Positions 24,565-37,515 of a stretch of 64,000 bases of DNA are shown one piece after another (positions within the stretch are counted from its first letter, which is position 1; every line of letters begins with the position of its first letter). The DNA is taken from contig OX597820.1 in assembly GCA_951406725.2 (NCBI GenBank), positions 36,952,001-37,016,000 of the forward strand, given 5' to 3'. This DNA comes from Octopus vulgaris. Taxonomy: Eukaryota. The notes under the pieces were generated by a model, which worked only from the letters and a program-made list of their open reading frames with translations, was not told the DNA's origin and searched no databases. The position numbers were made by a program, and so were the translations under genes.

Positions 24565-25170
24565 ATGAAAATATGTTTCTTGAGCACCATGAAGAAGTAA
24601 CTAACAAGAAATATCTTGGAGTCTAAATTCCTGGTGAAGCCACATGTAAAAAGAAATTAGGACGCGGCTGGCCATGACAAGAACGACTATGGAAAAGCTT
24701 AATAACATCTGGAGCAGCGAAACTGTCCCAAGTAAGTTATGAACAAGGTTACAGGCAGCACTTACTTGGCCAATAGGCATTTTTGGTTGTGAAGCATGGA
24801 CTCTGAACCAATTTGAAGAAAATATAATAGATGCGTTTGAAATGTGAAAAGATCATCAGACAAATGAATTGCTGTTAAAACAAGTAGCTGAAAGACAACT
24901 CCTGAATATTGTGAAAAAAACAAAAGTTCGACTGTTGTGGCCATATTCGAAGAAGCAGAGATCTGGAAAACATTATCGCGGAAGGAAGAGTAGAGACTGG
25001 CAGATCAAGAAGTAGGCAAAGAATACAGTAGATGGACTATGTTATGAGCTGGTTGAACAAGGCAGCTGGAGAACACGCATTTAATCGGGAAGATTTTCGT
25101 TGTAGTGTCTTCGATGCTCTGCAGGCGTACAATATATGACGACGATTGCTCAATGTGACTGATATGAAAA
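24565..25170 (+). mobile_element. Old RTE-like LINE 3' fragment (interrupted by the MITE)
   Basis: Fragments read KYLG, EIRTRLAM, GCEAWTL, IDAFEM and EGRVE; (GAC/GAT)n tail. Confidence 0.6.
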
Positions 25171-25189
25171 CAATTACTGATTTCAAATT

Positions 25190-25390
25190 TTGACACACGG
25201 CTAACAATTTCGCGCGGGGAGGGGTAAGTTGATTACATGGTCCCCACTGCTCAACTGGTACTTATTTTATCGACCTCGAAAAGGATGCAGTCGAGCCCGG
25301 CAGCATTTGAACTCAGAACGTGAAAGTCAGAAGAAATGCTGCTAAGTATTTTTTCCGGCGCAGTAACGATTCTGCCTGCTCGTTGCCTTT
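25190..25390 (-). mobile_element. SINE, same family as 6095-6300
   Basis: Direct homology to 6095-6300. Confidence 0.65.
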
Positions 25391-25589
25391 TATATAAGAA
25401 CATAATTATTAACAACAATTAATGACACAAAAACCAAAGAATAGATACAAAATATTAACGTAATCAGAGCGGTTTTTCTTCTATGTCTCTATAGTATTGA
25501 ATAATAATTAATTGTACTTTCACTCACAATATCATAATGTTCTCTTAAAACATAATTTCAATTGTGAATCTTTTCGTAGTTGTAATCAT

Positions 25590-25770
25590 CATCAGGTCAG
25601 TTTTTCCCTCGTGTATTGCATATGCAATTTCTATCCACAAATCACAGGGAATAAGGGGTAATGTCATTGTTGATTTGGGTACCGGCGTTTTCTCCGATGG
25701 TATGGTTTATGCGTCCTTGTCCAGAGCTCACAAACTGTGCAATTTGATCCATCGAGTTTGATCATGATGC
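25590..25770 (+). mobile_element. PIF1-family helicase C-terminal relic (Helitron/Helentron)
   Basis: FPSCIAYAISIHKSQG...VIVDLG..VFSDGMVYASLSR matches helicase motifs V and VI. Confidence 0.75.
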
Positions 25771-26977
25771 ATCGAGCTTGATCATGTGCGATTCCAGCGA
25801 CTGGAAAGAATACTACTATTTGAGAGAGTGCTTTAATATGGAGCCCTTATGTGTTGTTATTTCACATATGTGGTGGACTCTGTCGTCGTAAACAGGAGAC
25901 ATAAGTTCCGCAACTTCTTGCTGAACAGTTTGAACAAATGATTTGTTTATAATGATCAAATGTTTGTGCTGTTCATTAGTTCACTGCCTCCATCAAATCG
26001 ACATTGCCTGTACACATGCACAGTGCGCCTCACTTCAGATATCGAAGTGATCGAAGAGCAACTGCGAAATGAAGTATTTTGCTTAAGAACACAACGCACC
26101 CATCCGGGCCGGGAATCGAATCCACGATCTTGCGTGACCCCCCCCCCCCAACCGCCTTCACAAGTTCACATAAGTATATAATGACTATAAGGAGGTGAAT
26201 TAGTTGAGTCGTTGGCTTGTACGCTATGGGTTAAAAAAAAACTCCCGAGGTCAGTTTGGCCTTTCTGAGTCGATATACGAAATATCATTTCTAAATTGAG
26301 GGTGCATTCTCTTCAGTTAATTTCATTTACAAAATTTTAGTCAAATCAAACATATGGTAAAAGACATTTTACCAGTATGCCACACTGCAGGGTCAACGAG
26401 TAACTCCTAAAAATAACATGGCTATGTCTACGCCGTACTGTCTAATGCTACTTAGTACCAGGTCTGTACAAAGCTGGAAATATATATTCAGGCCAGAAAT
26501 GAAATGTAAGCCCCATCTGAATTGGTAATAAGCCTGGGGCAGATGTGACATTAAGTCCTAGTTCAATTTACTCATTAATTATATTTTTGTTATCAGCCCT
26601 AAACGCATATTTGACATGTATGGGTTGGATGTGTGTGAGTACAGAATGTACTTATAAACTCAAGACATGCGAATAAAGAATCAGAATGATTTCTAATAAA
26701 GCCAATTCTCTAGCAAAAGTTCTCTCATTGTCTCTTGAATGGGGAGTAGACTCCCATCAAATTCGTATGTCCAAGGTAATCGACTCACCTGCTGGTTTCT
26801 CTGTTCTGGCCAGGCTGGTACATATTTATAACTAGGTGATCTGAGCCTCTGAAAATTGCCTTTATCAAGGGTCAAATATAGATTACCCATTTTTCGGCTA
26901 CCAACCTCTCAACGATTAACCTAGCTTTATAAAAAAAAAAAATCGAAATAGCCATTTGTAATGGAACCCCTATCTTG

Positions 26978-27485
26978 CCAGCGATGTGCAACCAAAAGAA
27001 TACCCTCCATCAGGCATTTGCCATATTCTGAACGCCTTACTTCCTTGGGCATGGACATATTAAAACTCCGACGTCTGGCAGCTGACTTGGCAGACACCCA
27101 TAAATTTATCAACCATCTTACAAGCAATAACTCTGAGCACCTTTTCAAACTCCACCGGTCTAACACCCGTGGACATATTTACAAAGTCAGAAAACAGCAC
27201 AGCTCCCATGACTTTAGGAAACATTTTTTCACGCTGAGAATTGCTGAAGCATGGAACAAACTGCCGGCACCAGTTGTTAGTTGTCGGAGCATTGCATCCT
27301 TCAAAACTTCCATGCTTTCTGAGATTCGCCAACACTACACCTGATTTTCTCCCCTCCATACACACACAAGCATGTATCTGACTCATACATTGTTCGCTTT
27401 CCAGACATTTGTACATTACTGCATATACTCTATACGCACTTTCTGACAAGTTGTGGTGCACCTGAGCACTGTATACAATAATTTC
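26978..27485 (+). mobile_element. CR1/L2-group LINE 3' end
   Basis: QRCATKRIP...LPYSERL...LRRLAADL...TRGH...RKHFFTLRIAEAWNKLP; same family as 41345-42880. Confidence 0.85.
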
Positions 27486-27711
27486 AACTTGCACCACAAC
27501 TTGTCAGAAAGTGCGTATAGAGTATATGCAGTAATGTACAAATGTCTGGAAAGCGAACAATGTATGAGTCAGATACATGCTTGTGTGTGTATGGAGGGGA
27601 AAATCACGTGTTGGCGAATCTCAGAAAGCATGGAAGTTTTGAAGGATGCAATGCTCCGACAACTAACAACTGGTGCCGACAGTTTGTTCCATGCTTCAGC
27701 AATTCTCAGCG
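27232..27711. repeat. Near-perfect ~225-bp inverted repeat with 29-bp spacer
   Basis: 27232-27460 is the reverse complement of 27490-27711 with few differences. Confidence 0.95.
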
Positions 27712-27748
27712 CTATGAAAATATTTTTAAAATTCTATAAAGTGGTCGC

Positions 27749-28023
27749 AGAGTTACTTCCCCTGTTTGATGTTAGGTTCTCGCGTTTAAATGCTTTAGTT
27801 GTGGGTTTTTCTGCAGATGCGCTATTGAATTATATACACACTCTGTATGGTAATTAACAACACAAACATAGTAGTGTTAATAGAAAGAGTATTATTTATG
27901 AAAAAAAAATAATAATAACGGTTCATCGTAAACTTTCAGCTGAAGCTGTCAATGTAATTTTGGATTTTCAAGTCTCAGCATCTGAGAACATTTCCAATAT
28001 TTCGCATCTGAAATGCTTTTTAT
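27749..28023 (+). promoter_or_regulatory. G3 putative promoter motif plus non-coding exon 1
   Basis: AGAGTTACTTCCCCTG at 27749-27764; donor AT|GTAAGT at 28024. Confidence 0.55.
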
Positions 28024-28546
28024 GTAAGTATAATTAAAATATCCATCAAAAACTTGTACATTTCGTTCTTTGATTTAATCAATAACATAACAGATGATAT
28101 ATGGCGTAACAAAGATAAGACATTTTACGAAAGTATGGAAGCTACATTTTTTTTTTAAATTTCGTCATCATTATGCATTATTAATTGATTATCACTGAGT
28201 TAACCGTTGTGTGTCTGTTGACATAATTGTGAAGCTAGAGAACTAACAGTGGGGTGGGTGGCCTAATTGTCATTTAGTTTTATTCTCTACATAGTTTGAC
28301 TTCCTGTGTCAAAGTTGCAACAGTCTAATGGCATTGGTAACTTATCAACTAAAACCTTCCCCTCAATATTTGTACGCTTGCGTCATTATATAAGAAACTG
28401 TTATTGTCGAGATATCCAATAAAAGTCCAAAATGTTTTTTTGTTTTCTTATCCATCAAAAAACTGACAACAGTCGCAAATGTAAATAGTGTTAAATAAGT
28501 TTCCAATAATCTTTACTTTCTGTTTTAATTGTCTGTGCCTCTAGCG

Positions 28547-28841
28547 CAGTGGTTCTCAACTATTTTTTATGTATGGAACCCTTTGATTACTACTTTAGTC
28601 TGGTGGACCCCGTAGCCATTCGGTATTTAAAAACTAGTTTTATAGATACTTTTTTCAAAATACCTGTTTTGTTTTCCACACGCCTACTTATGTAGGTTGA
28701 ACTATGTAAAACATTCGAGAAAGAAATCTTGCTGTTTCCTCCAATAAATACAGCTAAAACAATTTTTTTCATGAAACTAACATTCTACTGTGGGTTCCCA
28801 ATTTGCTATTTTGTTGTGTGAACCCCAGTTGAGAATAACTG
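28547..28841. mobile_element. hAT (Charlie-like) MITE
   Basis: TIR CAGTGGTTCTCAAC...GTTGAGAATAACTG; degenerate 8-bp TSD CTCTAGCG/TTCTAACC. Confidence 0.75.
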
Positions 28842-29324
28842 TTCTAACCCCAGTCTAAAAGGTTTCAGGGAACAACATTTTAGTTAACGTTGTTTATATC
28901 TTCCCCTAATCTTCGGAGGATACGAAGGGATGTTCCTTTTGTCGTCATGTTTTTTAATCATAGAGACCTAAACCGGGATATAACCCGTTCCCCGATATAG
29001 CAACTTCATTAAATCCCTTAACTACATTACTTTGTACATTCGTGGCGAATGCCATAAGATACACAGAAAATGATCAGATGAAAATAATAGGCAATTTGTT
29101 TTTATGCTTACCATCAGTGGTATGCTAAATCCCTTTATATTTCTCAATTTATTCAAAATAAAGTAGATAATTGTTCGATTTTCCTTACATTTCGGAAAGA
29201 AAAAAATCTCACTCATTAGCAGCTAAGCTCAACGATTTTTAGTTCTGGAGCTATTGAAAGTTGTCTATACCACAATATCAACATATAAGTTACAAACTTT
29301 GGAAAAAAAATTTTTACGCAACAT

Positions 29325-29702
29325 AGGCGCAGGAGTGGCTGTGTGGTAAGTAGCTTGCTTACCAACCACATGGTTCCGGGTTCAGTCCCACTGCGTGACA
29401 CTTTGGGCAAGTGACTTCTATTATAGCCTCCGGCTGACCAAAGCCTTGTGAGTGGATTTGGTAGACGGGAACTGAAAGAAGCCTGTCGTATATATATGTG
29501 TGTGTGTTTGTCTGTATTTGTCTCTCCACCATCACTTGACAAACAACCTTGGTGTGTTTACATCCGGTAAATTACCGGTTTGGCAAAAGAGACTGATAGA
29601 CTAAGTACCAGACTTACAAAGAATAAGTCCAGGGGCTGATTTGTTCAACTAAAAGGCAGTACTCCAGCATGGCCACAGTCAAATGACTGAAACAAATAAA
29701 AG
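29325..29702 (+). mobile_element. Full-length tRNA-derived octopus SINE (OR-like, CORE-like centre)
   Basis: A box TGGCTGTGTGG, B-box-like GGTTCAGTCCC, TTGGGCAAGTG core, A-rich tail. Confidence 0.85.
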
Positions 29703-29999
29703 AACAGACAAATAAAAATCTGAAAAGGAATGATGAAATGTGGGTGGCGAGTGATGATCCTGACTTGAGATTGAATACTACTCAGTCAAATCAGCAGATG
29801 GGGGCCTCACAACAGTGAGGAGGGTCAGTCTGTTGTAAAGCTGTTGAGAAGAAAGCCCTGAAGCAGTGCACGTTCTTTCCAGATGACCCCTAATACTTAC
29901 TGGCATCAAGAATGCAGAGTATTTTGACTAACTGCACTTGCACAAGCAAGTTGTTTCAAAGTCTCTCTCTCTCTCTCTCTCTGAGAGAGTCATAATAAT

Positions 30000-31803
30000 A
30001 AGGGAGAGAGAGTTAGCCTAGATGAGATGCAGCTTGGTTTTGTGCCAGGGAGAAGCACCACTAATGTTATATTTCTGGTAAGACAGCTGCAGGAGAAATA
30101 CCTAGCCAAAGATAAACCTCTGTACTTGGCCTTTATTGACTTGGAGAAAGCTTTTGACAGGGTCCCCCCAAACCCTTATCTGGTAGTCAATGTGGAAACT
30201 TGAGATAGATGATTGGTTGGTGAGAGCTGTACAAGCCATGTATAGGGATGCTACCTGTAAGGTGAGGGTTGGCAATGAGTACAGTGAAGAAATCAGGGTA
30301 CAAGTAAGGGTTCACCAAGGATCGGTGTCAGCCCCCTCTTGTTCATCATAGTCCTTCAGGCAATATCAAAGGAATTTAAGACAGGCTGCTCCTGGGAGCT
30401 CCTCTATGCTGATGACCTTGCTCTTATAGCTGAATCACTACGAACTAAAGAAGTTCCAGGTATGGAAGCAAGGTCTAGAATCGAATGGCCTTAGAGTTAA
30501 TGTAGCAAAAACAAACGTCATAGTAAGTAGGAAAGTAGACAAATCACAAATCTCTTCAGGTAGATGGCCCTGCTCGATCTGTAGAAAAGGTGTAGGTAGA
30601 AACTCCATAAGATGCACCTAGTATAAGCTTTGGACACAGAAAAGGTGCAGCAATATCAGAAGGTTAACAGCAAAACTAGCTTTTGTATGTGGAAGATGCA
30701 CAGATACAATAAATGCTGAAAATCTGCAGAAAATAAACTCCATCAACTGCCAGGGAGACAAGTTAGAGGTAGTAGATAACTTCCATTATCTAAGTGACCA
30801 AGTTAGTAGTGGAAGGGGGTGCTCCAAGAATGTAGCTGTCAGAATAAGATTAGGCTCGGCAAAGTTCAGAGAGCTCCTGCCTCTGCTGGCAACAAAATAC
30901 TTCTCTCTCAGTGTGAAAGGCAGATTATATGATACCTGTGTGCGAACAGCTGTACTAATGGTGGTGGCAGCTGAGGACATGCGTAGGCTTGAAAATAATA
31001 AAGCCAGAATGCTTCACTGGATATGCAATGTTAGCATGCATGTTTGACAGTGTGTCAGTATCTAGAGAGAAAATTAGGTATAAGAGGCATCATATGTGTT
31101 GTGCAAGAGAAACAACTGTGCTGGTATGGTCATGTGATGCATATGGACAAGGGCAACTATGTAAAGAAGTGCTGATCTCTAACTGTGGAGGGAATTTTTG
31201 GTAGAGGTTGACCCAAGAAGACATGGGACGAAGTAGTGAAGCATGATCTTCGAACTTTGATCCTAACAGAGGCAATGACTAGTGACCGAGAAGACCCATC
31301 AAGCCAAGTGAAATCATAGTCATGGCTGATGCTGGTGTCCTGTAACTGGCAGTCATGCCAGTGGCACATAAAGAGCACCGCTGGAGCATTGGGCCTCATG
31401 GAGGCAAAGTGGCCGAGTTCCTTTCAAGTGTTGGGCTTCATCGAGGCAAAGTGGCCGAGTTCCTTTCAAGTGTTGGGCCTTATGAAGGCAAAGTGACCAA
31501 GTTCCTTTCAAACATTGGGCTTCACCGAGAGCTTTGGCATTATGTCATGCTTGCGAAGAAGACCCATCAAGCCGAGCAAAATCACCGTTGTGGCAGATAC
31601 TGGTGTCACGCAAATGGTACCCATGCTGGTGGCACGTAAAGGCACCCATTACACTCTTGGAGTGGTTGGCATTAGGAAGAGTATCCAGCCATAGAAAACC
31701 ATGACAAATCAGACTGGAGCCTGATGCAGCTTTTCAGCTTACCAGCACTGGTCAAACCATCCAACCTATGCCAGCATGGACAATGGACGTTAAATGATGA
31801 TGG
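30000..31803 (+). mobile_element. 5'-truncated RTE LINE (RT, 3' UTR with 39-bp tandem repeats, (GAT)n tail)
   Basis: GFVPGRSTT, LYLAFIDLEKAFDRVP, VHQGS and LLYADDL with frameshifts; tail GGACGTTAAATGATGATG. Confidence 0.9.
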
Positions 31804-34072
31804 TATATATACATTGTGAAGAATGGAGCAAACCATTTATAGAGGTGTTATCAGCAAGCTCAGGGACATTGAATTCAGCAATAAAAGCAAAAACTTACCA
31901 TGCAAACATTAAGACTTATTCAGCCCACTTTTAATTATTATAGTCTACCTAGTCATAACAGAGTAACTGTTCATGGAAACTCCTGTATGCTGATGAAATG
32001 GTATGTCCTAAGCAGACGGCAAAATGAGTGCTCTAAAAACACATTTGCCAGAATAAGAATGGAGGATAAAACATTTGGGGACTGGTTACCTCTATTGGAT
32101 AGAAAAGAATTTTCACTCAGAGTAAATGGCCAATTGTATTATGTTTGTGTATACAATGTAATACTACCTATCTCTTTCTTTCTGTCTATATATCTATCTT
32201 GACCTCCCTCCATTCACTCTCTCTTCCTGCAATCTCTCTCCACTTCACATTCCTCAATCTATTTCTAGTGAACCTCATTACCAATAGTCATTATATAGCA
32301 GTATATCATGCTCTCCTATCTTTCAGTTTCCATTTCTATCACTTTCTCACTTCTATCACTCTGGTTCTCTTCCATTATGCTCCACTTTATCACCTTCCCT
32401 CTCTGGCCTTCTTATAGCTCTCTCTTTTCTACATACCAATGATGAGACAACCCTGTAGTTCTGGTGAACAAACAAACAAATAAAACATAGGGTTGAGAAA
32501 ACTCTCTAGTCTCCCAGAGTGAGACAACCTCTCTAGTGTTAGTACCCTGACAAATGTATCTGGTACACACATGCACATACACGTGTGTGTGTGCGTAGTT
32601 TGCTTAAAATGAACTTTTCTTTTGATTTGAGTTTCATGCCATTACAATAAACAGAAAATGATTAAGAAATCAATAATCAAAGCCAGAACAACACTGAATT
32701 AATCAGTGGAAAAGACAAGATAAAAAAAGATCTGAATTAAAAAATCAATGACAACCTGGATATATTAGTGAAGTCTACTAAAGAAAATGGAACATAAATG
32801 AATTGGCAAATGAAACAACAACAAACCATAGGTGACATCCTAATAAAACACCATTCAGAAACCAGGCAATAAAAACAATAACCTGCTCCAATGTATATAA
32901 AAGCAGAAATAAAGATAAAATTCCAATGACCACAATAGTATGAAACTCAAGTCATGTGAAAGAGAATTCATGTTAGATAAATGATATATATTGAATGTTC
33001 TTTCTGTTTTGTTGACAAACTAACATTTGAATATCATCATAATTATTTTAACATCTACTTTTCTATTCTCACATGGATCAGATGGAATTTGTTACAACAA
33101 ATTTTCTTCAACCAGATGCTGTTCTTGTTGCCAACAATCACCTGTTTCCAAGGAAGGTAGTATTTCCCCATGGTTGGACATGTTTTGCTTAAACTAAGCA
33201 TTACTAAATACTGGGGTTGTGGCATATGTAGCAAAAAGCTGCAGTTAGAAGAAATGGTTGAAGAAGGAATTGTTTTAGCCAAGCAAACAAAAGAAAATGC
33301 AACCCACATTTTTTTTTTTTTACAAATACACAATGCAAACTATAATTCAACAAAGCATTCCTGTCTTTATATTACATGCTCAAACTCAGATGCAGTCTTA
33401 GCATGTCCAAATTAACACTATTGAGCAAAACAATAGTGACGTTGCTTACTTTCTCCAGTAAACAAACCGTCCTTTAGTTTGTAGTTTTATTGGTTTTGAC
33501 GAGTGAGGACTGGAATGTTTTTTATTTTTTATTTTTTTGTAAGTCGAGACCAGGCCCAGTTTAAAGAGTTATAAAGCACTAAACTGCTATTCAGGTAATG
33601 TAGTCCGTAGATTAAAGGGACATCCAAAATGGACACACCATATCAAGTGCAGGAATTATTATGCATCTTGGGGAACATCACGGCTCGAAAACTACCTGCT
33701 TCACATTCCAAGAGACCATTTTTAAGTGTGACCAAGTCTTGTCGGACACGGTTACCATAATCGTACAAGGGAGATAACCTCGTACCTATGAAGAAACATA
33801 GAAACACGCCAAAATATTATAAGGACCAGCAGAATAAAAACACTTTACTTGTAAAACAGGTAAGGATTAATGAAAGAAAAAGTAACTAGCTATAAAAATT
33901 TTTACCCAATAAATACTGACTCATAGTATGGGGAAAATAGATTTAAAAACAATGATAATGTTTGGTATTGAAGTCACTCTAAGATCTCCTTTCCCACAAA
34001 ATGTCATACTTGACACTGCAAACCTAGTCTCAAAGTTATATTACCTAAAATTTATTACTATCACAGCTTATA

Positions 34073-35285
34073 TCAGGTCATTAAGAATGAAATGTCCGAT
34101 TTTGAACTGTTTATTTTATTTTATCTCAGCAAAAAGTAATGCAGTTAATCGAAGTATGCACCTAAATTATCAACACAATTTTGCCATTTTATCAGTAGCT
34201 TATTTATGCTGGCAGTGAAGAATTCTGGAGAGCAAGAGGTGATGAAATCACGAAGGGCTGTTCTTGCATCTTCTTCAGATTTGAAGCTTTTTCTTTGCAA
34301 AACTTGTCTAATGCCTGGAAAATGTGATTGTCAGTTGGTGCAAGGTCTACTGAGTGCGGCGTTCATTGTGCATTATCTTGCAAGAGAATTGGCCAGTCTC
34401 TATTGACCATTCACGGTTGTTTAATTGCAAGTTCACTTATCATTTCATCCAATTGGTTGATGTATACATCTGCTGTAATTGACTTACCAGGTCTCATGAA
34501 GCTGTAGTAGATGACACCAGCATTGGACCACCAAACAGTCACCATTAGCTTTTTTTGGTGAATATTCTTTTTTGGATTTTATTTTGACACTTCATCTCTA
34601 TCCAACCACTGTGTAGAATGCTTGCTACTGTTGAAAAGAATCCAATTTTCATCACATAACAATACGATATGAAAATGGTTCGCTTTTATTCCATGACAGC
34701 AAAGAACAGTAAGTTTCAAGATGATGTTCCATTTGATGCTCATTCAGTTCATGTGATACCCACTTGTCCGGCTTCTTTACCTGGCCTATTTGTTTCAGAT
34801 GGTCCAACACAGTTGGAATCAAAATATCAAACCTTGCTGTTCACACAAATGTGGCTTGAGATGTATCTGCTTCCACTAGTTTCCAGCTTATTGTTATCCA
34901 CCTTGGTCTCAGGTCTACCACAGGGCTGATTTTCAAGAGTAAAGTCACCAGACCAGAACTTCTCAAACTATTTGACATAGAGTGCGCTCATTCACCACAT
35001 CTTCACCAAACACTTCATTGATGTTTTGAGTTGTCTAGGATGCATTGGTTCCACAACAGAACTCATATTCATAAACAACACAAATTTTTTATCTCTCCAT
35101 GGGTTCACAAAAATTGATTTACAAGAGAAAACTTACAATATAATCAGACACCATGAATTGTATTCCAAAAAGTGATGATGTAACTCTTGAATGTTGTAAA
35201 ACAATTGTCAGGATAAAAAATTAGAGTTAACGACTGTTAAATTTGGTGCATAAGAAAATCAGATATTTCATTCTTAATGACCTGA
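34073..35285 (-). mobile_element. Near full-length degenerate mariner
   Basis: ~30-bp TIRs TA|TCAGGTCATTAAGAATGAAAT...ATTTCATTCTTAATGACCTGA|TA; minus-strand CDENWILF, KLMVTVWW and LLQDNA motifs. Confidence 0.9.
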
Positions 35286-35500
35286 TATTATCAGAGCTTT
35301 CAGTACTAAAATTTGAAAACATTCTATTCTTTGCCTTCTACAGAAAATTCATCATTGTAAACACTGAGTATATTGACAATAGGTCTTCCCTCTGGGTATT
35401 CTTTGGATCCTCTTCCCAACATATCCCATAGATTAGTCATCTTATTTCTTCCATTCATTAGTAATCTCTACTCCTCCATTTCCGACTATATGCAACTAAC

Positions 35501-35504
<4 letters not shown>

Positions 35505-35566
<62 letters not shown>
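35505..35566. repeat. (TA)n(GA)n microsatellite
   Basis: Seen directly. Confidence 0.95.
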
Positions 35567-37515
35567 TGAATGTTAGAATCATGTTGATATCTGTTAGGCA
35601 GCTGAGGAAGGGAATCCAGATTTAGTTAAGTTTATTCCGTGGTTGGTTATGTTTCTAAGGTTATCTGATTGATTGAGCACTATATATCTGTAGGTATGGT
35701 TGTTTATGTTTATTGGTTTTAATGTTGGAGTCTTTTTTGTGGTGTTTATCTGTAAACTTTTTTACACATACTTCAATTAGACATTTTATTCTAGAATGGC
35801 TAGGGGTTCTTGATTAGTTTATTTCATACCATTCTGGATTGTACTGGTTGAGGTTAATCTATTTTTTAATTTGATGAAGATAGTTTTTTGGTGAGAAGTA
35901 TCAATTATCTTGTTATTTTAACAATATAGGATAAATATATTGCATATACAGAAAGAGAGAGAGAGAGAGACCGACAGACAGACAGACAAACATAACGCAA
36001 GGCATAAGGGATTTTAAAATTTAGGCGGATACTCTGTAAGCACTGCATGGTAATCCAAACTTAGCCATCTAGATTGACTGGTGGGAAACATTAGAATCCA
36101 TAAGGACCATATAATTACAATTGCACTCCTGTTAGATTAGTAAATCCAAAGTTTGCTTTGATGAATTTCATATAAGATTCCAGAGTAAATTAAAAAAAAC
36201 AAAGAATAATGGAGAGTTACACATTTTTAATTGATAATTTATAACATATCAATTGCCGATAAATCCATATAATATTATAATTGATCTAAATTGAATTTAT
36301 TAACATGCAAAATCATCACACTAAATCATTACACAATAGTAGCATATTAGAAATGTACATTGGCAATTTATGTTATAAGTTATCAATTAAAAGTGTTTAA
36401 CTTTCCATTCTTCTTTGTGTTTTATATAAATACACACACACCATGCTATTTCTAATGACAATATTCTCCACTCAAAGTATCAGAAACTTCCATTTATGTT
36501 CTGCTTTCTTCATCACTAAGAAGTTCCTCTCTGTCCGCCGGAGAAGATGACAAATTTGGAAGACTTAATATTTTTAATGTAATGTAGGAACTGATGCTCC
36601 TCTGTAGAGAGGCATCAGTTCCCATATGTCATATGTGCACACTGATATTACATATCCACCGGAGCATGCTTGCTTCATTTCTTTCAAGCTTTCACATAGA
36701 GAACAGTAATTTTAAATAAGATGTTGTTTCAAGGCAGAGAAATTACTTTATTCTTGCTACAGAAGCTTCTTATGCCAATTGCAACCAGTCATCAAAAAAC
36801 CAAGCCAAATGCATAACAAAGATGGACAATTTTGTCTGCTCTTGTGTGTACCAGACCCTTTAAACTCTTTGCTAGCATGGAAAGATGTAAAATGAGGATG
36901 ATGATGTAGTGGTTGTTTGCTTGTTGGTCTATTCAAGACTATACTTTTTAATTATTTTTTCCTGTTATTTAAATATCTTTAATATCTTTTACTGTCTCTA
37001 TATTTCAGAGTATCTAGTGACATTGATGTAAGAATTTATTGACAGAATACAGCAAGTAATTTGTGAAGAATCTTAGAAGACTAAAGAATGGTGTTGTGAA
37101 GATGAGATGTGACTATATATAACCTTGATCAAATTGCTGTGAAGTTAATATAAGGAGTTTATACCTGAGACTTTTTACACAAAGCTACAAAACTCCATTA
37201 ATTTATGTGTAATGCTTTTGATGTATGGATATATATTTGAAGCTTATATGGATCAGCTGTTATTTATTTCAAGTTATGCAATTGCGCCTTTGATATCTGT
37301 CAAAATAGCCTTTTTAATGTAACTTAGCTTTAAGAAACTACCATGAAAGAGTTATTTTTGTTTTCCTATACAAACTTTGTTAAATGTTTCTATTTCATTT
37401 AAGAAGAAATAGCTTCAATATTTCACTGGGAAATTCTATGGAATTTGTTTCTTATTTTTTTTAGACATTGCAAAATAAGAATTATCATTGTATTTTTAGT
37501 ACATTAGAACAAATA

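Noticed and set aside
26090-26140. tRNA B-box-like CCGGGAATCGAATCC
   Set aside because: No cloverleaf; more likely a SINE-head fragment
33766-33781. CAAGGGAGATAACCTC, and CAAGAGAGTTAACACT at 590-605, similar to the promoter motif
   Set aside because: Imperfect matches inside apparent repeat relics with no associated ZNF exon found; they show the motif has some background
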